64,000 nt of DNA from positions 9,546-73,545 of the forward strand of contig CAYTUV010000002.1 in assembly GCA_964441505.1 (NCBI GenBank), written 5' to 3'. Numbering within the stretch: the first letter of the stretch is position 1; every line of letters starts with the position of its first letter. Source of the DNA: an uncultured Melioribacter sp. GTDB taxonomy: Bacteria; Bacteroidota; Ignavibacteria; Ignavibacteriales; Melioribacteraceae. The notes under the pieces are model-generated. The model had not been told where the DNA came from and made no database searches. It saw only the letters and a program-made list of their open reading frames with translations. Of the stretch, positions 1 through 8,972 are shown one piece after another. The position numbers and the translations under genes were made by a program.

Positions 1-34
1 TTAGCATAAAGTTGCTTTGCTAACCGTACCGCAT

Positions 35-1030
35 CTACATTTCATAAATATTTATGATCGGGTACTTTTTGATCTTAATAATTCCGTTCAGATTGATCAA
101 CTTATTTTCGATAAACTTATCAATCTGGCTGAACTGAGAACCGCTTACCATCATAATAAGGTTGTATCTTCCATTTGTGAAATCACAGTAGACAATATTC
201 TCTGTGAGTTTAAGAACCGGGTAGATATCCTGAATTTTTTCCCGTTCCACTTCTGCTATTACGTATGAGCAGACAGAATGCTTTGAATCTCTTACGGCAC
301 CAAGATTCGAACTGTCTGTAAACAAAGAGATACCGGCAGAATTAATAATGTCTCTTATGTTGTCATTTAGAACGGGAACACCGATAGGCAAAAATTCTAC
401 ATCTTTTATTCCTTCAATCGATCTGACTTCCTTTTCAAAAATTTTTTTACATATCTCCATGGTATCCGCCTGAACCAACAAAAAAATATCAACATCACCT
501 CTTGTCGCATCGCAATAAAGAACGTTCTCCATAGCATATAATTTTTTGTAGACATCGAAGAAATCAGCTTTCTCATTTATTTTAATAAGCATATATGCCG
601 CTGCAGTTTTTGCAACTTCTTTCGATGTGGTTTGTTCAACTACAGTTTGGGAATTCCTATCTAAAATCTTGTTGAGCTCTTCCAACAGTTCGTCGGTATC
701 AAAAGGTTTCTCCAGAAATGCATCTACCCTTAAGTCATCTATCTCGGTTTCTTCCAGCTTATCGGCATAGCCTGTAATATATATCATTGATGCGTTCGGG
801 TATTTCGACTTGATAATTTTGCCGAGTTTGATACCGTCAATATCAGGCAATTGTATATCGAGAACAATTGTGTCGATATTAATTTCATTCTTTTGATAAA
901 GGTCGATTTTATTTAGCGCACTCATCCCGTTTTCACATAATTCAACATCAATCCCTCTTTGGTTAAGACCGATTGTGAGAGATCTTCTTAGGGATGGTTC
1001 ATCATCGATTAACAAAATTCTTCTTTGCAT
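35..1030 (-). CDS. Response regulator: CheY-like receiver fused to two tandem Lrp/AsnC-type RAM (ACT-like) domains, no DNA-binding domain seen
   Basis: 331-aa ORF. The N-terminus 'ILLIDDEPSLRRSL...IVLDIQLPDIDG...EKPFDTDEL' is a receiver domain. Residues ~145-225 ('YMLIKIN...VLYCDATRGDVDIFLLVQADTMEI...IEGIKDVEFLP') and ~255-331 ('YVIAEVE...IVYCDFTNGRYNLIMMVSGSQFSQI...LNGIIKIKKYP') each fit the RAM pattern. Confidence 0.7.
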   Translation of the reverse strand: MQRRILLIDDEPSLRRSLTIGLNQRGIDVELCENGMSALNKIDLYQKNEINIDTIVLDIQLPDIDGIKLGKIIKSKYPNASMIYITGYADKLEETEIDDLRVDAFLEKPFDTDELLEELNKILDRNSQTVVEQTTSKEVAKTAAAYMLIKINEKADFFDVYKKLYAMENVLYCDATRGDVDIFLLVQADTMEICKKIFEKEVRSIEGIKDVEFLPIGVPVLNDNIRDIINSAGISLFTDSSNLGAVRDSKHSVCSYVIAEVEREKIQDIYPVLKLTENIVYCDFTNGRYNLIMMVSGSQFSQIDKFIENKLINLNGIIKIKKYPIINIYEM

Positions 1031-1307
1031 CTTTGTATTCCTTTATGGTTAATAACTGCCGCACTATAAGCAAAGCTCGTACCACAGAATATCCCGCAAG
1101 AAGGAGACCTGTTCGAATGATTTTTTTGAAAGTCTTTTAGCAAATCGTAAATATATTTTACAACGATTCTATAACATACTTGTTTATAGATGGATAGCGA
1201 TTGTTAAAATATGTTACGATATACAATCACACATCGTATATGGATTCATTCCCCATTGCACAATTTCCCCTTAGTAAATATTAATCGTAATTTTAAAATA
1301 AAAATCT

Positions 1308-2126
1308 ATGCTGGCTGAAGAGATAGTTATAGAGCCTATCGGTATTGTTCATTCAGATCTCAAATACCGGTACGAAACCCCCCGTCAGGGAATATTGGCT
1401 GGTGGAAATATTTCGGTGATTGAACTGAAACCAAATAATAATTTTGAACAAGCTCTGCAAGACTTAGATGGATTTGAAAGGATTTGGATATTGTATCAAT
1501 TTCATCTGAATAATAATTGGAAACCGTTAGTCAATCCGCCACGGCACACGAGGAAAAAAGTGGGAGTATTCGCATCACGCGCCCCTTATAGACCAAACCA
1601 AATTGGAATGAGTTGCGTCAGGTTGGAAAAAATTGACGGATTGAAAATTTTCATTTCTGAATCGGATATACTCGACGGCAGTCCCGTGATAGATATTAAA
1701 CCATATCTACCATACTCCGATTCTTTCCCTGATGCGGCTACAGGCTGGGTAAAAAATGATATCGAGAATATTTTAAAAGTTTGTTTTGAACAAGAAGCAA
1801 TTAAGCAATGCAAATGGCTGAAAGAAACATCGAAAATTAATCTAACCGATTTTGCTCGTCTGCAACTCGAATTCAATCCTACTGATTGTACAAGAAAAAG
1901 AATTACAGGAGTGGACGGCAAAAACTCCTCAGGTGAAACTTACGTTCTTGCTTACCGCACATGGAGAATTTTTTATTCCGTAAATGAAGCTGATAGAACA
2001 GCAACCATTAGTGAAATTCAATCGGGTTACACCAAAGAAGATTTATTGGATCTTACTGAGGATAAATACGCCGATAAGGATTTGCACCTACGGTTTGGGA
2101 AGAAGTTTCATGAACGGGAGAAATAG
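1308..2126 (+). CDS. trmO: tRNA (N6-threonylcarbamoyladenosine37-N6)-methyltransferase, TrmO/TsaA (YaeB) family
   Basis: Motifs 'GIVHS...YETPRQG', 'RIWILYQFH', 'RAPYRPNQIGMSCVRL' and 'DILDGSPVIDIKPYLPY' are typical of the YaeB/TsaA fold. Confidence 0.75.
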   Translation: MLAEEIVIEPIGIVHSDLKYRYETPRQGILAGGNISVIELKPNNNFEQALQDLDGFERIWILYQFHLNNNWKPLVNPPRHTRKKVGVFASRAPYRPNQIGMSCVRLEKIDGLKIFISESDILDGSPVIDIKPYLPYSDSFPDAATGWVKNDIENILKVCFEQEAIKQCKWLKETSKINLTDFARLQLEFNPTDCTRKRITGVDGKNSSGETYVLAYRTWRIFYSVNEADRTATISEIQSGYTKEDLLDLTEDKYADKDLHLRFGKKFHEREK

Positions 2127-2180
2127 TTTTTTTGAATTAAATTCTTTTATTTATTTTGCATCAAATGCCTGTTGGAAAAG

Positions 2181-3479
2181 ATGAATAAAAACAAAACTCT
2201 ATTGATGAGCAGCAGCCTTCTCCTTCTTATGGCAATTGCTCTCATTCATTTATTTAAGAGTACAACGGTAATTTCTTACACCGTAACATTCATAATATCC
2301 TCACTGATTTATTTGTTTATTAGCTGGAAGGTTTTTAAGACTGAGATTCCCACTCAACACATTTATTTTTTAATCGCTCTGGCTTTTTTATTGCGTTTAA
2401 GTTTTTTAAACACATCTCCTATCGGTTCCGATGATATTTATCGTTATATGTGGGACGGAAAAATTCAAGCGAGTGGAATCAATCCTTATCAGTATCCACC
2501 AAACGACGAGCATCTGAATTACTTTCATACAACTCTTCTTCCCAAAGCACTCAATTTTCAGGAGATGAAAACAATTTATTTTCCTCTGAGTCAATGGCTG
2601 TTTTACACCGGGTATAAACTAAGCGATGAATCTGTCTGGGGCTATAAACTCCTTCTTTTCCTTTTTGAATTACTTACACTTGCCGGATTATTTCAACTTC
2701 TGAAGAAGTTAAAAATTGATTTTAAGTATTTACTTCTATATGTGCTGTGTCCACTCCCGATTTTTCAATTCGCAATAGATGCGCACTTGGATGGCTTTGG
2801 TTTACCACTTATGCTGTTTTCATTATTCCTTTATTTCGACAAGAAGAAAATCAGCGCACTAATATTACTTGGTCTTTCTCTTTCTATAAAGCCTGTCGGA
2901 TTGCTTCTAATTCCGATCTTCTTCCTGAATGAAAAAAATCTGATGGATAAATTAAAAACTGTCTTAGTTCCGCTAACAGCTTTTTTCACACAGTTTATTT
3001 TTTATATCTTTTCCACAAACCCGTTTGAAGCATTATTCATCTTCACTAAGAATTGGTATTTCAATGGATTTGTCTTCAATCTACTTAATGAGGTATTCAG
3101 TAATAATCAAACTGCTCGTTTGATTTGTGCAATCCTACTTGTACTCTCTCTTATTCCGGTTTATTTCTCGAAGAGAGAGTTTCTCAACAAAATATATCTC
3201 GCAGTTTTACTATTAATGATTCTTTCCCCGGTTGTTCACCCATGGTACATTACATGGGTTGCAGTTCTGATACCATTTGCACAAAAGCGAAGCGGAATAT
3301 ATTTCGCAGCAGCCAGCAGTTTAACTGCCATAACTGTTCTGAATTATCAGATCAACGGAGTCTGGAAAGATTACTGGTTCGTTCTAATAATTGAATATGT
3401 ACCACTTTTATTTTTACTCTTCACTGAGTTAAGTAACAAAAGTGTTCTTAACAGACTTCGCCCAAGTACTAATGGATAA
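2181..3479 (+). CDS. Polytopic membrane glycosyltransferase-like protein (DUF2029/GT87-like)
   Basis: More than 10 hydrophobic helices. Loop motif 'GSDDIYRYMWDGKIQASGINPYQY'. The ATG at 2181 is preferred over the in-frame TTG at 2172. Confidence 0.5.
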   Translation: MNKNKTLLMSSSLLLLMAIALIHLFKSTTVISYTVTFIISSLIYLFISWKVFKTEIPTQHIYFLIALAFLLRLSFLNTSPIGSDDIYRYMWDGKIQASGINPYQYPPNDEHLNYFHTTLLPKALNFQEMKTIYFPLSQWLFYTGYKLSDESVWGYKLLLFLFELLTLAGLFQLLKKLKIDFKYLLLYVLCPLPIFQFAIDAHLDGFGLPLMLFSLFLYFDKKKISALILLGLSLSIKPVGLLLIPIFFLNEKNLMDKLKTVLVPLTAFFTQFIFYIFSTNPFEALFIFTKNWYFNGFVFNLLNEVFSNNQTARLICAILLVLSLIPVYFSKREFLNKIYLAVLLLMILSPVVHPWYITWVAVLIPFAQKRSGIYFAAASSLTAITVLNYQINGVWKDYWFVLIIEYVPLLFLLFTELSNKSVLNRLRPSTNG

Positions 3480-3640
3480 TTTTTTTATGGAGTTATAGCA
3501 GGATTGAGCTAATTCATTTCTTTGAATTTCCATTCGACTTAAGTAAATGATTAGTATGATCTTTGGATAGCAGCATGAAATTCGAATATATTTTGATTCA
3601 AGATTAGAAATTATATTGGACATAAAAGAACGGACTATAA

Positions 3641-4738
3641 ATGCGATACATTTTAGCAATAATCACGACAGTAGTTTTGTTTTACTCCTGTACACCTCAG
3701 AAGGAAATCATAAAACCAGAGGAGGGGGAAAAGCCTTCGGTAGTAACTGAGAAAAAGAGAACTATAAATTTCACTTTTGAAATTCAAAGACCTAAGACTA
3801 ATTCTTCTCTGCGCGGAATTTCAGTTGTTGATTCGCTGACTGCCTGGGCAAGCGGATCAAACGGAACATACCTGCGTACAACAGATGGAGGAAAAAATTG
3901 GACTGACGGCAAAGTAAAAGGATTTGAAGCACTCGACTTTCGTGACATTGAAGCATTCGATAAGAACACAGCAATTGTTATGAGCATTGATGCACCAGCT
4001 TTTTTCTTTAAAACTACTGATGGCGGCAGATCATGGAAAAGAAAATATATGAACAGAGATCCCAAAATTTTCTTTGATGGAATTACATTTTGGGATGAGA
4101 ATAACGGAATCGCTTTCAGTGACCCGATTGATGAAAAAATTTTCATCGTCACAACCAGAGACGGTGGTGATACATGGAAAGAAATTTCATCTCTATATAT
4201 TCCTCAAGCCATGAAGAATGAAAAAGGCTTTGCCGCTAGTGGAACTTCGATTGCCGTTGCGGGAAAAGACCTTGCGTGGATTGGAACAGGCGGTGCCGAG
4301 AGATCAAGAATATTTCTTTCTCAGGACGGAGGTGAGAACTGGAGAGTGATGAACACACCAATCATAAGCGGTGCGGCATCACGCGGAGTTTTTTCGATTG
4401 CTTTTAAAGACGATATGTATGGAGTCGCCGTCGGCGGCGACTATAAAAACGATAAAGCCAATATTGCCAACTGTGCAATCACTGATGATGGAGGACTGAG
4501 TTGGCAATTAATTGATTCCAACCAGCCTGCAGGATTCAGATCATGCGTCGCTTGGAATGATATATTTAAATTCTATCTCACTACAGGAACATCAGGAAGC
4601 GATTATTCTCTTGATGATGGTAAGACCTGGACATCAATAAATAGTCTAAGCTATAACAGTGTCGGCTTTTCAAAAAAAGACGGCAGTTGCTATTTCGTCG
4701 GCGATAAAGGTGCAATCGCCAGAGTAAGGTTTAAGTAA
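3641..4738 (+). CDS. BNR/Ycf48-like beta-propeller lipoprotein
   Basis: Lipobox 'VLFYSC'. Six BNR-type repeats: 'TTDGGKNWT', 'TTDGGRSWK', 'TRDGGDTWK', 'SQDGGENWR', 'TDDGGLSWQ', 'LDDGKTWT'. Confidence 0.65.
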   Translation: MRYILAIITTVVLFYSCTPQKEIIKPEEGEKPSVVTEKKRTINFTFEIQRPKTNSSLRGISVVDSLTAWASGSNGTYLRTTDGGKNWTDGKVKGFEALDFRDIEAFDKNTAIVMSIDAPAFFFKTTDGGRSWKRKYMNRDPKIFFDGITFWDENNGIAFSDPIDEKIFIVTTRDGGDTWKEISSLYIPQAMKNEKGFAASGTSIAVAGKDLAWIGTGGAERSRIFLSQDGGENWRVMNTPIISGAASRGVFSIAFKDDMYGVAVGGDYKNDKANIANCAITDDGGLSWQLIDSNQPAGFRSCVAWNDIFKFYLTTGTSGSDYSLDDGKTWTSINSLSYNSVGFSKKDGSCYFVGDKGAIARVRFK

Positions 4739-4905
4739 GATAAGAATGGTTGAAAAGATTTCCAAAATTATATGTTGAGTGAAATTCATGTGGGCATTCT
4801 TTGTACCGTTTAAGGTTTTCAATAAATGATTTTGATTGATTGAATGATTCATAATGATTAAGTTTTTACCGGATTTTAAGTTGATATTAACTTAACGGCG
4901 TATTT

Positions 4906-6132
4906 ATGAAACGATACTTTTACTCTTCACTTATTTTATTACCAATATTTTTATTTTTTTCCGGTTGTAAAAAAGACGAAGCACCTATTGCACCTCAAAA
5001 CTATTTACCAAAGATTGAGAGCTTAACTGCAAACCCAACCACTGTATTAATAAGTACGGAAATTACTTTAACTTGTATAGCGACTGATGAGGACGGAGAC
5101 AACCTAACAATTACTTGATCAGCAAAAAGAGGTACGTTCTCAAATGGAGTTGTTGGAGTTGCAGTAAAATGGGTTGCGCCTTCAACTGCAGGGAAAGATA
5201 CAATAACTGCTACTGTTAATGACGGCAAACAAACATTACAAGGGAAGCTGGAAATAATTGTTGGAACAATTCCAGCAAGCCCAACATTATTAACACCAAC
5301 TAATAATGCAACCGAAGTTGCTCTATCACCAACCTTAACTTGGAATGCCGTTAGTAATGCTGTTAGTTATACTTTGCAAGTTTCTTCAAATAATTCTTTC
5401 TCAAGTTTTGTTTATAACCAAGGTGGATTAACTAATACAAGTCAACAAATAACTGGATTAATTAGTGGTTCTGAATATTACTGGCGTGTAAATGCCACTA
5501 ATATTTATGGAATATCTGTTTGGTCAAGTATCTGGACTTTTGGAGTTTCCATGCCTTGTCTTGGATTACCAACTGTCTCATATGCAGGTAAAGTATATAA
5601 TACAGTTCAAATAGGAGTGCAGTGCTGGTTAAAAGAAAATCTTTATGTCGGCACCATGATACAAGGGAACCAAATTGCAAGTAACAATGGCACAATAGAA
5701 AAGTATTGCCCTTACAATGAATCGTCTTATTGTGATAAATACGGTGGCTATTATACTTGGAATGAAGCAATGAATTATATAACAATAGAGAAAGCACAAG
5801 GTATATGTCCAAGTGGATGGCATATACCATCATATTCAGAGATGCAAATATTAAGAGGTTCGGTTAACAGCGTTAATGCATTAATGGCGAAAGAGGAAAA
5901 TTGTATGGCTGGTCCCGGAACAAACACAAGCGGATTTTCTGCATTGTTAGGGGGCGCGGGCAGAAGCTGGACAAATGGTCCTGGGTTCTTTAACATGGCA
6001 TGTGATGCGTATTTTTGGAGTTCTACTGAGAACGATGTATCGAATGCAATTTATCTTCACCTATATACTAATATTCTCCTTCCTTCAGAAAGTAAAGAGA
6101 CTTTTTTTAATGTTCGTTGCATAAAGGATTAG
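4906..6132 (+). pseudogene. FISUMP-domain surface lipoprotein interrupted by one in-frame TGA (5116-5118)
   Basis: ORFs 4906-5118 and 5374-6132 share one frame, and the stretch between them is open. Lipobox 'FFSGC'. Ig/PKD-like repeat 'ATDEDGDNLTIT*SAKRGTFS...VKWVAPSTAG'. FN3-like 'LTWNAVSNAVSYTLQVSS'. C-terminal Fibrobacter-succinogenes-major-paralogous domain 'CWLKENL...YGGYYTWNEAM...CPSGWHIPS...GFSALLGG...YFWSSTE'. Confidence 0.65.
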
Positions 6133-6143
6133 GGTGATATAGA

Positions 6144-6863
6144 ATGGTAAATCCAGACAAATATTTGAAAGACTATTTATGGAAATTAATTAAACGCTAT
6201 GGAAATATTAATCTTTACAAAAAACAACTTGATATACTTAGTGAATGGGAGGGACCATACAGAATAGATACATTAAACAAAGGAGCAACTTTTTTTAAGC
6301 TTGTTACTGCAAGTTTTACTCGAACAATGCTAGTTGAATTATGTTTATTTGTATCTGAAAAAGAACAATTCAATATTGACAAATGGTTAGAGAAAGTGAA
6401 AATACATTCAAAGTCTCTTAAGCCAACAAGAGCAAGTAGGGGTAATCATCTGAAGGATACTCGCATCATAATAAAGAATAATGAATATCTAAAAATTATC
6501 GATGAACATATCTCAAAGCTCTCGAACCATAACAAAACAATAAAAAAACTAATTGCACTCCGTGAAAAAATATTTACACATTATGATTCATCATATTTTA
6601 ATAATCCCGAAGCTATCTATAAAAAATATTCATTAAATATTTCAGAATTGAATGATTTGAGGAAAACAATAGAAGATATTTTAATGGAACAACATTCATA
6701 TTTATTTGCATCATCCATTTTCCTGGACGTTTCTAGCTACTCAAATGTAAATGTAATCTTGGAACATACACGTGCTTTTATGAGAATTAGAAAAGATAAA
6801 AGCCTGATAATTAATAAAGGATTCAGACCAGCTGATTATTTAGGAGAAGTTTACAAAGAATAA
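6144..6863 (+). CDS. Hypothetical protein, possible AbiU2-like HEPN-domain protein
   Basis: 239-aa all-helical-looking ORF with 'LIALREKIFTHYD' (R140-x5-H146, fits the HEPN Rx4-6H motif). Followed by a 10-bp stem terminator. Confidence 0.4.
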   Translation: MVNPDKYLKDYLWKLIKRYGNINLYKKQLDILSEWEGPYRIDTLNKGATFFKLVTASFTRTMLVELCLFVSEKEQFNIDKWLEKVKIHSKSLKPTRASRGNHLKDTRIIIKNNEYLKIIDEHISKLSNHNKTIKKLIALREKIFTHYDSSYFNNPEAIYKKYSLNISELNDLRKTIEDILMEQHSYLFASSIFLDVSSYSNVNVILEHTRAFMRIRKDKSLIINKGFRPADYLGEVYKE

Positions 6864-6884
6864 TTTTTCATTCCATACACGCCA

Positions 6885-6918
6885 AACCTTGAAGATCAAT
6901 AATGACCTTCAAGGTTTT
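6885..6918. terminator. Bidirectional hairpin between convergent genes
   Basis: AACCTTGAAG-N12-CTTCAAGGTT, a perfect 10-bp stem with T-rich flanks. Lies between the 3' ends of 6144-6863 (+) and pepF (-). Confidence 0.6.
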
Positions 6919-6926
6919 CAAATAAA

Positions 6927-8765
6927 TTACTTTTTCTTATTCAAAATTTCTTCCATTCGGTTCATCACCTTATTCATCTTTGCCATTGTAAGATCAAATG
7001 CTTCGGATGAGAGTGGATCTAATCCGGCTTTCTTAATCAATTCAATCGGATAGTCGGAAGAACCGCCTTTTAAGATATTGTAAAACTTCTCAACCGCAGG
7101 TTGTCCATCCTTCACAATCTTCTCAGCTAACGCGGTTGCATAAATTAGAGAAGTTGAATACTGATAGACGTAATATGTGTAATTGACAAAATGAGGAATC
7201 CACGCCCACTCATTAGCGATATATCCATCAACTACACAAACACCTTCATCATTTCCATAATATTTTTTGACAATGCCGTAATAGATTTTTCCCATATCTT
7301 CACCCGTCAGCGGATCACCGTTCTCAATCCGTTTGTGAAGTTCCAACTCGAATTCGGCAAATGAAGTCTGACGGAATATTGTTGTGCGAAGCAGATCGAG
7401 ATATGTGCCGAGCAGGTAAAGTTTCTCCTGATCGGTTTTGACTTTATTAACCATATAATTATTGAGAAGTGTTTCGTTTATTGTAGAAGCTATTTCCGCA
7501 ACGAATGTTGCGTACTGAGCATCCACAAATGTCTGGTGTTTGTTCGAGAAATAACTGTGCATCGTATGTCCCAATTCGTGTGTTAAGGTCGAAACTGATT
7601 CGTAGTCATCAGTCCAATTCATCAAGATGTATGGATGAAAATCGTACTGCGCTCCGGATGAATAGGCGCCGCTTCGTTTTCCGGTTGTAGGAGCGTAATC
7701 GATCCATCTTTCATTAAATGCTTTCGTAACCGTAGAAACATACTCCTCACCCATCGGCTTGAAAACATCAAGCAGAAGATTTTGCCCTTCATCAATTGTA
7801 TATTTGAATTCTACCGACTGAACCAGAGGTGTATATAAATCATAATAATGAAACTGATCAACACCGAGCATTTTAGCTTTTAATTTCAGGAAGCGGTGCA
7901 ATGTCGGCAAATTTTTATGAATCTGACTAATCAGATTTTCATAAACAGAGACCGGAATTTTGTTCCCATTCAAAGAACTTTCAAGGACAGTTTTATACTT
8001 TCTGTTCTTGGCGTAAAAATAATCCGCGCGGATTTTACCGGCTAAATTTGCACCTATAGTGTTCTGGAATTTTTTATAGTTCTCAAACGTTGAACGCATT
8101 ACAAGTTCACGGTCAGCACGGTTAGAAACTGTACGGTATTTAGAATAAGCAGAAGAACTTAATTCAACTTCCTCACCTGTTGATAGTTTTACTTTGGCGT
8201 TTGGTTTCTCTGCGTTATCAAAGATTCCATAGACTTCATTAGGAGTTGAAGTAACCATTTCAGCGCTTGCCAGAATTTCTTCCTCACGGGCATTTAATGT
8301 ATGTTCTCTCAGTCGCAGAATATCATCAACAAAAAATTTGAATTCTGCCAGTTCTTTTTTCTCATCAAAGAATTTTTTAATCTTCTCCGTTTCAATTTTC
8401 AGAATCTCCGGATTGATAAAAGCTGATGCCTCACCTAGTTTAGTACCGAGTATTGTTGCCTGCTGATTTAATGACTGATTGGAACTAATGCGGAGATCTT
8501 CATCTGCAACACGTCCTGAATAATCGGAAAGTTTATAGAAACTTTTGTAGATATTGAAGAACAGGCGGAGTGTTGAATAAAAACTTTCTGCGTTTTCCCC
8601 CATCTTGCCTTGATAAGCTTTAAGTCCGTCAATTTGTTTTTCAATCGACTCACGATCCTTCTGCCAATCGTCTATGTTTTTGTAAAGAATGGAATTATCC
8701 CATTTGTATTTATCCGGAACGTCTTTGCGTTCTTTATTTTGAGCATAGGCAAATTCTGATGCCAT
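6927..8765 (-). CDS. pepF: Oligoendopeptidase F (M3B metallopeptidase)
   Basis: Zinc motif 'HELGHTMHSY' and M3B-like length and layout. The frame stays open upstream to 8810 and encodes a signal-peptide-like 'IKYLLQFFTIILAVTMASEFAYA' (see finding). Confidence 0.85.
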   Translation of the reverse strand: MASEFAYAQNKERKDVPDKYKWDNSILYKNIDDWQKDRESIEKQIDGLKAYQGKMGENAESFYSTLRLFFNIYKSFYKLSDYSGRVADEDLRISSNQSLNQQATILGTKLGEASAFINPEILKIETEKIKKFFDEKKELAEFKFFVDDILRLREHTLNAREEEILASAEMVTSTPNEVYGIFDNAEKPNAKVKLSTGEEVELSSSAYSKYRTVSNRADRELVMRSTFENYKKFQNTIGANLAGKIRADYFYAKNRKYKTVLESSLNGNKIPVSVYENLISQIHKNLPTLHRFLKLKAKMLGVDQFHYYDLYTPLVQSVEFKYTIDEGQNLLLDVFKPMGEEYVSTVTKAFNERWIDYAPTTGKRSGAYSSGAQYDFHPYILMNWTDDYESVSTLTHELGHTMHSYFSNKHQTFVDAQYATFVAEIASTINETLLNNYMVNKVKTDQEKLYLLGTYLDLLRTTIFRQTSFAEFELELHKRIENGDPLTGEDMGKIYYGIVKKYYGNDEGVCVVDGYIANEWAWIPHFVNYTYYVYQYSTSLIYATALAEKIVKDGQPAVEKFYNILKGGSSDYPIELIKKAGLDPLSSEAFDLTMAKMNKVMNRMEEILNKKK

Positions 8766-8920
8766 TGTTACCGCCAGTATAATTGTGAAAAATTGTAAAA
8801 GGTATTTAATTTTTTCTCCTTACAAATTAATAATTCGACCGGTAAAAAATTAGGGAATAACATTTTAAAATGGGATAGTTCTGTCATCCAAAAATTATTC
8901 ATCTAAAATTTTTGATAATA

Positions 8921-8945
8921 ATAAAAACCCCCGACTAGTCGGGGG
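8921..8945 (-). terminator. Rho-independent terminator of the OPT transporter gene
   Basis: CCCCCGACTAGTCGGGGG hairpin followed on the minus strand by TTTTTATTATT. Confidence 0.75.
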
Positions 8946-8972
8946 TGTCTAAGCTGGTTTTTAAAATTGATC

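Noticed and set aside
1111-1118. GTTCGAAT (tRNA T-loop-like) in the spacer upstream of trmO
   Set aside because: The flanks cannot form a T-arm, an acceptor stem or an anticodon arm. I found no tRNA-like cloverleaf anywhere in the window.
5116-5118. In-frame TGA as evidence for genetic code 4 (TGA=Trp) or selenocysteine
   Set aside because: TGA terminates other well-supported genes in the window (tex at 15667-15669, the SSS transporter at 28710-28712). No SECIS-like hairpin is evident downstream. A nonsense mutation or a sequencing error is simpler.
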